This document shows positions 13,767 through 23,699 of a DNA stretch of 64,000 nt, piece by piece; position 1 is the stretch's first letter; each line of letters starts with the position of its first letter. The notes under the pieces are model-generated. The model saw nothing but the letters and a program-made list of their open reading frames with translations. It had not been told where the DNA came from and did not search any database. The DNA comes from Phaeosaccion multiseriatum (Eukaryota; Protista; Ochrophyta, other classes), in NCBI GenBank assembly GCA_965112735.1, contig OZ218955.1, positions 1-64,000 on the forward strand, written 5' to 3'. The position numbers were made by a program, and so were the translations under genes.

Positions 13767-14208
13767 CTGGCGATCCCTCCTCTACTACGCCATCCTTTCC
13801 CCCCTCCGTGAAGTGGCGCAATTCAGAGCGCTACTTGCCGTAGAACAAGCGCCACAACCACAAAACCAGGGCGAGAGGGAGAGGAAGATGCTGATGAAGT
13901 AGGCGAGAAGAACAATACGAGTAAGGAGGAGGAGAAGGCGGCGGACTTCTGCTGTGGAGGAAACCGTGGAGGAAGAAGGGAGGGTGCGTTGTGGTGATAC
14001 GAGTATATTCACAATTGGCTCCACTTTTTTTTCTCTTTCTTTTTCCTTTTCTCTTCTCCAACCAGGCAATTAAGCTAAATACTGCGAACCTCCGCTCTCT
14101 CCTTCTCTCCCTCACTTCCGGTTCCTATAAAGTCAATAAGTAACTCCCGTCCGTTCCACCAGGGGACTTGTCTCATCCTGCACAAGTGCGATTGCCCTCA
14201 ACGGGAAG

Positions 14209-15752
14209 TCACGTCTTGCCGGGAAGGAAGGAGGTGTACGGCATGTGGCTGTAGTACTTTGGGGAACTATCGAGGCGAACGTGCAGCCACGCCACGCCCC
14301 CCCCATGTGTGTTGATCCAGGTGGGCCGCTCGTCCCTCTCGCGGACTCGCTCCTCGCTCCTAAGCCCCACCTCCGCCCAGAAAGAGTGCACCTGCATCGA
14401 CAAGGACATAGGGTTTTGAGTGCTGGCCACGCTTCCTGTGCTTCCTTCAGGTGCTAGTCATGTCATGTCATGCTCCGTATGCTTCTTTCCAGTGCTAGTC
14501 ACGCTTCCCTTTCAAAAAAGGCGAGAGGAAGCGTCGCTGACCGATGACCCTCATACTTCACTCACTTCACTTGGAGCAGATTATTCAGGGGGAAAGAGGA
14601 AAGGGGGAAGGGCGCACTACCAGACTACGTCGGAAACCCAGGAGCGGCGGAGGAAAGCAGAGCGCACTGTTAACACACGCACACACGCACAACCAACCTG
14701 CTCACTGGGCGCGCTCTTGAGGAAATCTGTGAGGTGGCCGTAGCTGGAAATGGGCTCATTGTTTGTCTGGCCCTCCCCCTCGGCGGGGCATACCAGCATG
14801 GCGTCACCGGACAAGTTGGAGAAGCTTTGCGTTGAATCAATTGAGACATTGATTGAAATAGAGGCATCAGGAGCAGGTAGAGGGGGGAGGGCAGGGCGAA
14901 GTGCGAAGAGGACGAGTCGAGTCATCAGTTGAGCTGTCAAGTGATGATAGTAAGTACTACGAAGTACTTCGCTCCGCCGAGTGTGTAGTGCCAGGACCCG
15001 CTCTCTTCTCTGCGTCTTCCTTTACCTTATGACGCTGTTCCGCGCAGCACTTGTCAAGTGTTCGGCGAAGGGCCCCGAGTCGGGACGGGCCCTTGCAAGC
15101 ATCGGTGCGGGCACCATCACGAATTCAAAGGGTGTGGTGCGCACGGTACTCTGAGAGGGGAGGGAGAAGGGAGAGGGTGATGCGGTGGTGAGAGAGAAGC
15201 GAAGGAATACGAGGGACACAGAGGCAGCAGATTAGGCTAGGCATGAAAGAATGCAAATGTGTTGTCCATACTTATAGGGTTAGGGTTAGGCTAGGCAGGA
15301 TAGACCACATGGCGCGAGCACGTCCTCACTCTCCCTACACCCCCCTCATACCCTGCTCTCTCTATCGCTTACCCCCCCCGTCCTTCTCTATTATCCCTCA
15401 TACCCTGCTCTCTCCGTCTCTATCCCTTCGCCTCCCTCTCCCTCTCTCCTCTCCCTCATACCCTGCTCTCTCTCTATGCCTTCTTCCCCTCTCTCCCTCT
15501 TCCTTTCCAACCTGAGTGATGGGGGAGCATTCCCAGAACATCGCCTCGCACTGGAAGCCCAGCAGAAGCGTCGAGAAGAACGATCGAAAGGCACTGCTTT
15601 CTTGCAAGAGGCCGAACACGTCGCTGAAGCTAAGAGGCCTGACAGGCTCCTGCTGCTGCTCCAACAACACTTGGACAATCCCCCTCTGAAGACTTGTTTC
15701 CTGGGCTCGAAAGGATGGGGACCTCGACGCCACCACCTCGCCGCTCATTGCG

Positions 15753-15784
<32 letters not shown>

Positions 15785-15913
15785 AAAACTTATGCGGTAC
15801 ACCCCATAAGCCGACAAGACCGTCAAAAACACAGAGAGACACAGCAAGAATGTTCTCCTCCTGCGGGACCCTGTGTTTTGTGGCGGCGGTGGATTCCACC
15901 TGGTCTTGCGCAT
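14209..15913 (-). CDS. DUF6940-like protein with N-terminal hydrophobic segment, about 4 exons
   Basis: Exons encode AMFWECSPIT, PFEFVMVPAP..PDSGPFAEH, FSNLSGDAMLVCP..YGHLTDFLKSAPSEQV and WINTHGGGVAWLHVRLDSSPKYY, matching my recollection of the DUF6940 family. ATG at 15913 precedes TFLLCLSVFLTVLSAYGVY. Confidence 0.75.
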
Positions 15914-16083
15914 CTGCGGGTTGGCTTTCCCGGCGATCACCCTAGCATGCTTTCCAACATGTGTGGAGGTCTTGGGGAGCTTAGAAGAGAGGGAAGATCA
16001 GAAAAGGAAAAAAAAGCAGGCGAACCCACGTGTGGTGGTGATACATACATCGCCATTTGTGATTAACACTTGGGGGGCAATCC

Positions 16084-16276
16084 AATTCGGGGCCACCTCA
16101 GGCCGAAGGAGAAAGAGCAGGACCAGGAAAAGGAGGAGAACACAAAGCAGTGCTAGCAAACAGGGTTGCAGACTTTCAAGAAAGAGCGACTGAAAGACCG
16201 AGGGCAGCAAGTCGCGCACTGCTTTGCGTCCTCCTCCTCCTGCTCCTCCTCCTCCGGCCTGAGGTGGCCTCGAATT
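16084..16276 (-). other. Long imperfect inverted repeat (hairpin; pre-miRNA-like or MITE-like)
   Basis: 16084-16153 pairs with 16216-16276; inner stem CTTTCA 16173-16178 with TGAAAG 16191-16196. Confidence 0.7.
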
Positions 16277-16326
16277 TGAGGGGCTGTAATGTATATGCAC
16301 TCGATGCAAGAGGCAAGTGGCAGAGT

Positions 16327-17522
16327 CTATTTCCCCCCTCGCATATCCAGAAGGAAGGCATCCCCGCATGTGTCGGTACCCCCCGGGCCCGGCACCGTGA
16401 GCCCCCCGAACAAGGTCAAGCCCGCCTCCCCCGCCAGGCAGAGGTGCCCCGTCCGCGAGGGGCCCCCACACGACACTCCGTCCGCCGTAGGCAGAGACAG
16501 CTGGCTCCAGCTGCAGGCAGGGGAGGGGAGGGGGGGCAGCAAATGGCGGCATGTGAGCGGAGGCAGTGCTGCCTCAGGTGCGATACTGAAGTTCCTTCTC
16601 CGCCCTCGGAGAGAAGCTGTGCCTTCTGAACCTTGCCCACTGGGGGATCACCAACTGCTGCACTTCCCACAGCCCGCAGGTCTAAGGACCAAAGGCCAAG
16701 CACCACGCAACACCACGCAGACAGAGGGAGGCACTCATTCGCTCGTCGCTCACCGCCTTGTGCCGGTGTCGAAGGAGTGGACACCCCGACAGAAGACCCT
16801 TGTCTGCTTGTTGCGGCCTCCGAAGAGGTACAGCCGAGAGTCCACGGCCACCATACTGCGCTCGTTCGGGTTGAGCGAGAGGGGGACGGGGGGGGGGGGG
16901 GATTTCCGCCGTGCGTGAGAGGGAGGGAAGGAGCCCTATTCGCGGGAGCAAAAGACGAGCACTGCCATCCAACCCTAACCCTAATCCTCCATCCACTGCC
17001 ATCCCGCTCCCTACCTGCAGCCGATCCGGGGACTGGGCACCGCTTCGCTCGCTTCAGTCGCCTCCCCGGGGTGGACGAGCTCCCAACGCGGGCTCGCCGC
17101 CGCCGTCGGGTCCGCCTCTCCGCCGCCGCCATCCAATGCCACCCCCCCACCCCCCCCCGGGGTCAGTGAGAGGTCAACGCGCCACATGTCATTGAAGGCC
17201 CTGTCGGGAGTGTTGCCACCGAAAACATACATGAATGACCCCCTCACCACCGCCGCTGCGTGCCCCCCCCTGCCCGCTGGCGCCCCGTGCAAGGCGTCGT
17301 CGTCAACATGCACTCTCCTCCACACGCCACGAGGGGGAGAGGAGCGAGGAGGAGGAGTCCTTCCATCACCGCCGAAAGCGGGGGCTTCTCCGGAGGTGGC
17401 GGAACTCTCTGAAGGGTTGGGGTCGAGGCGCCACAGATCGTTGTAGTTTCTTCCTACAGACGTGCCCCCGAACAAGAACATCATACCCTCGTACGTGACC
17501 GCTCTGCGGAGGGAGGGACAAG

Positions 17523-17566
<44 letters not shown>

Positions 17567-17673
17567 GGCAAGTCGAGGTAAGCGTCGGTAGGCTCCAGCA
17601 CCGGGTGTCAGGACCTTCGTGATCGTCCTCCCCGGGGGATGGTTACAGGCAGGCAGGCAGGCAGGCAGACAGT

Positions 17674-17713
<40 letters not shown>

Positions 17714-17746
17714 TAGACAGACAGACAGACATACAGACAGACAGAC

Positions 17747-17814
<68 letters not shown>

Positions 17815-19847
17815 GGACAGGTCCCCTCCCCCGCCCTCAGGACAGAAGCGCACCCTACTCGCGAGCCTCTGGGATGGAGAGGAGAGCCTCTGGGGTGGAG
17901 AGGACGGAGAGGATCCGTGGCAACTTTGGCGGTTGCGCTTCTTCCCCAGACCCGCTTCCCTTCCGACCCTTTTCATCTCAGTCATTCATCTCAGTCCATG
18001 AATGAAAACAACACCGAACACAACCCCCACCCTAACCCTGACCCTACCGCACTCACGTGTGTCCCCAGCGCTCCCACGGCCTCCCGTCGGTGCCCATGCC
18101 GGACTGGAGCCCCAACATGAGCTCCTGGAGCTGCCCCACGTCCACTAGCCCTAACCCTCCCTCCCCTTCCAAAGCCCCCCCCTGCATCTCCCCCTGCAGC
18201 TGCTGCATCATGTGCTGCACCAGGCCCTGCTGCCGCCCCAGCGTCTCCTCCTGCCAAGCAGCGGCCTGAGCATCTCCCACAGTGTGGTCCTCTCTCCACC
18301 TCCCCTCCGAAACGTCGTACCTGAGCAAGTGGGTGAGGGAATGAGTGAGTGAGTGAGTGAGGGAATGAGTGAGGGAGTGAGTAAGTAAGTGAGAGATTGA
18401 GTGAGTGGGCGAGTAGGTGAGTGAGTGAGAGATGTGAGTGAGAGAGTGAGTGAGTGAGTGATTGAGTGAGTGAGGGAGGATGTGAGTGAGGGAATGAGTG
18501 AGTAAGTGAGGGAGGGAGGGAGTGAGGGAATGAGTGAGTGAGGGAGGGAGTGAGTGAGTGGGTGATTGGGTGAGTGGGTGAGTAGGTGAGTGAGTGAGAG
18601 AGTGAGTGAGTGAGAGAGTGAGTGAGTGAGTGATTGAGTGAGTGAGGGAGGATGTGAGTGAGGGAATGAGTGAGTGAGTGAGGGAGGGAGGGAGGGAGTG
18701 AGGGAATGAGTGAGTGAGGGAGGGAGTGAGTGAGTGGGTGATTGGGTGAGTGGGTGAATGGGTGAGTGAATGGGTGAATGAGTGGGTGAGTGAGTGGGTG
18801 AGTGAGTGGGTGAGTGAGTGTCCTTCCACCTCCTCTGCAACATATCGTACCTCCACAGGTCGCTGAAGAAGGCGCCGCCCTGATCCCCTGACTGCCCCCC
18901 GAACAGCAGCAGCTCGGTGCGCTTGCCCTTGCCCACACTGACGAGGCTTGCAGCCGAGCGGGCAGAGGGCCTCGCAAGCGTGTCCGCCTCTCTCTGCAGA
19001 GCCGCGACGATCTTCGCTGCTGCTTGTGCTTCGGCCTCCTCGCCCTCCCCCATACTCCTGGCCTCACCCCCCACCTGGCTATCCACCTCTTCGAAATCAT
19101 CATCCTCCTCCTCGTCGTCCTCGTCGTCCTCTTGCTCGCTGTCACGGCCTTCTGATGCAGTCTCAAAAGCCTCCTCTGCATCTGGCAGGCTTTCGTCATC
19201 CCCCCCCCCCGGCTCGTGCAGGGCCCCAGACCCGTTGTGCCCATACGCCTGCGCTCCTCCCTCTTGGCCTTCCTCTTGGCCTTGTTGCGCGCCGTCGCTT
19301 CCCTCCTCCACCCCCATATCCTCCTCGCTGTCCTCCTCGCTCTGCTCATCATCATCGCTAGCGTCTTCGGAGATGGGCATCTCTACGTAGTCCGCCCAAG
19401 TCAAGGGCTGTGCGAGAGAGCCCCCAGTGTGCTCACCAGTTTCGTCGGTCGGAGAGCCAAGGAAGGCGAGTGCGTCGCCCTGCAGAGATGCATCGCCGGC
19501 GTCTTGCAGTGTGAAGAGGAGGCGCCCCTCCGCCGCCACGACCTTCCAAAGATCGTTTAGGAGCCCCCTGCTGCCCCGCCCTCCAAACATGAAGAAGGCC
19601 TGACTGCCGTCCTCCTCCTGTACCTCCGCGGCTCTGTGCAAGTAGCGTGGACTCGGCACGGGGAACCTGCGCCAAGGAGGGGGGTGGGCAGACAGACAGA
19701 GAGACGAACGAAGGGGCGTACACAGATAGTTTAGCCGTGATGCAGAGGCGAATGGGGTGGGGGTGGGGGGGGGGGCTAGTCGATAGACGCAGCGTGTGCG
19801 TGTTGACTACGGAGCCTCCCTGTGGGGAGCAAGGTCGTCGCACCAAA

Positions 19848-19889
<42 letters not shown>

Positions 19890-20457
19890 GCTCCCTCCTT
19901 TGCTCCACAGCCCACACTCACAAGCGCGTGGCCCGCTTGCCAGGGGCGGGACGAATAGCCGCACGCTGCCATGTGTAAGCCTGGCGCGTCCAGCAGACAG
20001 CTCGTTGCTTCCAGCAGACAGCCAATGCCCCCCCCTGGGGTGGAGAGCCGCCCTCTGCAACACCGTCCGCCCCCCACAGAGAGGTCCCACGCCTCACGAC
20101 GTGCGCAGCGCCGTCCTTCTTCTTCTTGTGCTGCTGTTGCTGGTCCTCTTGTCCTGCTGCGCCACCTTCTCCAAGGGACAGGTGTCCCAGTGAGCGGCCG
20201 AGCGACAATGACGACACCCCGCAGCCACGGCTCTCTGTCAGAGGCTCTGGGGCCATGTTGATCATGCGGCGCAAGTCCTGAGCGAGGTGGCGTTCCCAGA
20301 TCGGCCGGCCGCCCCTATCGACAAACTCCTTGAGAAAAAGGCAAACAGACTCGCACAGAGCGAGTTCGTGAGGGCCCAAAAAAGTCATGACGCCTATGAG
20401 CAAGTCCGGAGTGAGGCCCAGCAGGAGACACCGCACAGGGGCGTGAGGAGCCGACAT
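16327..20457 (-). CDS. F-box/Kelch-repeat protein, multi-exon
   Basis: F-box-like LLGLTPDLLIGVMTFLGPHELALCESVC. Kelch blades: PSPRYLH..FMFGG..LNDLW; PSARSAA..LLFGG..FSDLWRYD; RWGHTAV..FLFGG..NDLWRLD; GRGGHAAAVV..YVFGG..FNDMWRVD; LYLFGG; SRTGH..TLFGG. Confidence 0.88.
17523..17820 (+). repeat. (GACA)n microsatellite blocks in a Kelch-gene intron
   Basis: Directly visible tandem GACA/GGCA units. Confidence 0.9.
18329..18820 (+). repeat. Compound (GTGA/GGGA)n microsatellite in a Kelch-gene intron
   Basis: Directly visible; similar arrays at 9250-9462, 25657-25828, 30000-30160 and 55249-55650. Confidence 0.9.
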
Positions 20458-20685
20458 GCTTACAGTCACGAACAAAATCTTAAACTCGCTGCGTGTCTGA
20501 AACGAGATCAAATCGTCCGCAAGAAGGAAGGACGGAAAATTAAGTTTCAGTTTTGTAAGCCCTCTCTTTCTCGCCGTTACATTGTACATTCTTTGGATCC
20601 GCCTTTCTCTCTTTCTCTCTCTCAATCGGGGGTCAAGCAGGAGCTGAAGGAGGGACAGGGGAAGGGTTGAGGCCGAGGAGTAGCC

Positions 20686-22098
20686 ATGCCTGTCAGGAGG
20701 AGAAGCAGCGCGGAGAGCGTGGAGAGACGGGGAGGAGGGAGACGTGGAAAGGAAAGAGCGAGAGGAGGAGGGAGCAGCAGTGAAGCGGAGGGAAGACACG
20801 CCCGAACGGGGGGGAGGAGAAGGAGAAGCAACGAGGAGGCGAGGCGATCGAGGCCTTCGGCTTGCCGCACGAAGCGGGGCCGCAGCAGTAGGCCAACGCG
20901 TGGAAGAGGAGGAGAGAAGGGCGGGAAAGATCACATCACATCTCTTTCCTCAGACGAGGACCTCTCCGCCTCGTCGAGGGCCTCCTTTCGTTCCCTTTGC
21001 TCCGAAAGCAGGAGCAGCAACAGTAACAGGCGGAGTAGAAGTCCATCCTTAGCGAGCATCGACCCGTCGGGAAGTAGCCTCGGCTCCAGCGAAGACGAGC
21101 GCTCCCAGCGCAGGCAAAGAGCCAAGGGGGACCACCTCTTCACTCGGCAGGAGGCCCGTCTCACCAAGGCGTCGCTCAAGCATAAGCTGCTGGGCAGGGA
21201 GGGGGAGGCGCTCAGTCAGGCGGAGAAGGCATGCATGCAGCAGGACCGCAACGACAAGGGCACGCTGGCCACCAAGGACTTCACGAGGACGCTCATGGGT
21301 CTCCAGGCGGCGGCGGGGGGGGTGGGGGGGGGCGCGGCGGCGCTGCACAAGGACGAGGTACTGTGGCTGGCGGAGCAGCTCAAGAGCCGCAACGGGAACA
21401 GAGTCAGGTACCCGCTTATCCGAAAGGTGCTCGGCGTGAGCGACAAGAAGAAGGCCGCTCGAAGGAGAGAGAGAGGCGGCGCGGGCCTAGGGGGGGCGCG
21501 AGGCGACGTGTGCTTGGGGCTCGCCCCCATGAGCCCCGCCCGGAGACGCGGAGCAAGGGCCCGGGGCGGCCAGCAGGAGGACGAGGAGGAGGAGGAGGAG
21601 GGATTGGAGCCTGATCCATGGGCGGTGCGGCACGGCTCTGTGGGGCAGTGGATGCAGCAAGTGGCCTCACCCATGGAACGCAAGCTGGTGAGTCACAGGG
21701 GCAGAGGGCATAGGGCAGAGGGCATAGGGGAGCTAGCTACTACCGTAGCACCGAGGGCCAGGGGCGCTTTCTGGACCGTTCTTGTTCACTCGAGCTCCAC
21801 ACTGTCCCTCTGCCCAGCGCCCTCCCACTCGCAAGACAACATTCCCTCCCTCCTCCCCTCTACATTCCTATTCCTCACCTATACTTCCCCTTCCGCCCCA
21901 CTGCCGAACCGCTGCCCATGCCTTCCACCCCCCCCTGCTGTTCAGTTCTTCGACTTTATGGCCCTCCTTGACAACTTCGAGGGGCTCTGCGGCCTTGATC
22001 ACGACCGCCCCGGAGAGACGTCAGACTTCAGAGCAGCAGGGGCCACTGTCCTTCACCTCGGACCCGCGCTCAAAGCGGCCATCAAGTTCTACGTTTGA
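20686..22098 (+). CDS. Hypothetical protein, Arg/Ser-rich N-terminus with an EF-hand-like loop; one intron at about 21688-21944
   Basis: Long ORF with EF-loop-like DRNDKGTLATKDF; GT-AG intron in phase 0; divergent from the Kelch gene. Confidence 0.6.
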   Translation: MPVRRRSSAESVERRGGGRRGKERARGGGSSSEAEGRHARTGGRRRRSNEEARRSRPSACRTKRGRSSRPTRGRGGEKGGKDHITSLSSDEDLSASSRASFRSLCSESRSSNSNRRSRSPSLASIDPSGSSLGSSEDERSQRRQRAKGDHLFTRQEARLTKASLKHKLLGREGEALSQAEKACMQQDRNDKGTLATKDFTRTLMGLQAAAGGVGGGAAALHKDEVLWLAEQLKSRNGNRVRYPLIRKVLGVSDKKKAARRRERGGAGLGGARGDVCLGLAPMSPARRRGARARGGQQEDEEEEEEGLEPDPWAVRHGSVGQWMQQVASPMERKLVSHRGRGHRAEGIGELATTVAPRARGAFWTVLVHSSSTLSLCPAPSHSQDNIPSLLPSTFLFLTYTSPSAPLPNRCPCLPPPPAVQFFDFMALLDNFEGLCGLDHDRPGETSDFRAAGATVLHLGPALKAAIKFYV

Positions 22099-22504
22099 GC
22101 AGCACAAGCTCCCTTGAGCGTGTGCGTGCGCGTGCAAGCGTCAGCAGGAAGCGGAGAGGAGAGAGGACGGGAGGGGAGGGGAGAAGGCACTAGGCACCTG
22201 CTGGCACCTGCTCACGCACGCACCATTGTCCCTGCCCTCCTCTGGCACGGCTTCGGACATGGCCAGTCCTCCCGTCGAGGCACACACAGATCGACCCATC
22301 GATCCCGGGGGGGGGCGCAGCCACGGCAAGGAGGACGACTGATTGCCATTGTGTGACGATCTGACGTCTGATTGCAGCTGGTGTGATGGTGTGATGGTAG
22401 AGAACACCCAGAACTCTATGGCCCCTTGGCACAGCAATACGTCACAGTCGCAGAGTCGCCTGTTGAAAGACATTTATTCTTGGCCGCGCTTCTCCAACTT
22501 CTGG

Positions 22505-22611
22505 TTGTGTTGTTTTGTTTGTTTTTTGTTTTCGCGGGCCCGCCCGCCCGCCCGCCGAGCGGAGGAACTTTATTGACTTAATAGGAATCACCTAAGAAAC
22601 TGAAAGTGTGA

Positions 22612-22659
<48 letters not shown>

Positions 22660-23520
22660 GTGTCGCTGTGTCTCCGGGGCCCTCGAGGGGCCGGTTACTC
22701 CCCCTCTAGGGCGGGGAGGGGGAGTGCGGGACCGGCTCCGCGGTTGAGCCGACCCAGGAAGGCGCGCTCCCGCTCCGAGAGCCACATCTGGTGGCTGCAG
22801 CTGACGAGGCGGCGAAGTCTGGTCAGGACGTGGCCCTTTGTGGTGGAGGAGCCAGTGCGGCCAGTGCGGGTGACCACGTGCTCGGCGAGTGCGTGCAGGA
22901 GCGATTGCGCCTGTGCGCCGAGTCGGCCGTGGGTCTCGATGGCGAAGGTGGAGAGGCGAACACGCTCTCGGTCGTAGGTGCCCCTGTAGTGTCGCTCCTT
23001 GCGGGTCTCGCTGTTGGCGGCTGCCGCTCCCGGTCTAATGTCCGTGCGGAGCACATTCAAGGCCGTCCTGCAGAGGTTGTTACTCAGGGTTAGGTCGAGC
23101 ATGTGCGCCGGGTGGGCAAAGGTTGGGTCGCGGGCTCCGGAGAGGGCGCCTCGGGGGAGGGTGGCGTCCATGGGGAAGGTCCGGGCGATGTTGTGCGGGG
23201 GGTTGAAGAACTCCGAGCTCTCGTGTCCGACGCGGGAAACGTAGTTCTGCTTGAACATGTCCTCGACGGAGGAGAGCATCCCGGTGTGATAGAGAGTGCT
23301 CTGGTTGGGGCACTGGATGGCGTGAGAGGAGTCGGCGCGTGTGTTGCAGCGGGTGCAGACTAGTGCGTCGGGTTCCCCAGGGCTGTACAGGCAGTTGATG
23401 CCGAGGGAGCGTCGTAGGGCCCCTACCATGTCTTGGGCCGGCATGGAGACCTGTCCAGGTGAGGTGGCGATGAAGCCCATGGCCCCGTCGCTGCTCTTCG
23501 GCGCTCTGGCCGGCGGGGGT
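22505..23520 (-). mobile_element. 5'-truncated non-LTR retrotransposon with restriction-like endonuclease (CRE/SLACS-like)
   Basis: Intronless ORF ending at 22695: GAMGFIATSP..ALRRSLG, CCHC knuckle CTRC..H..C, FPMD..LDLT..AANSETRKERHY..FAIETHGRLG..A..LL (RLE C-terminal consensus). The 3' UTR has (CA)n, AATAAA and an A-rich tail at about 22505-22533. No RT domain and no TSD found. Confidence 0.8.
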
Positions 23521-23699
23521 AGTGCCCTCACAGATGGCAAACATGACCAATTCGCATATTTCTTTCTCTCCTCATTTTTTTTCTCTTTTTTTTCTCTCCT
23601 TCCTCTTTCCTGAATCTTCCCTCTCCTTCTGATCGAGACTAAAGAATAAGGACAGCAAGACAGAAAGCCTGGTGGCGACAGAGCTCCTTAAGGAGAGGC

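Noticed and set aside
22141-22473. 110-aa minus-strand ORF downstream of the retroelement tail
   Set aside because: No recognisable domain or splice support.
22613-22657. (CA)n as the retrotransposon's insertion target
   Set aside because: AATAAA and an A-rich tail lie further downstream and no (CA)n flanks the 5' junction, so it is more likely internal to the 3' UTR.
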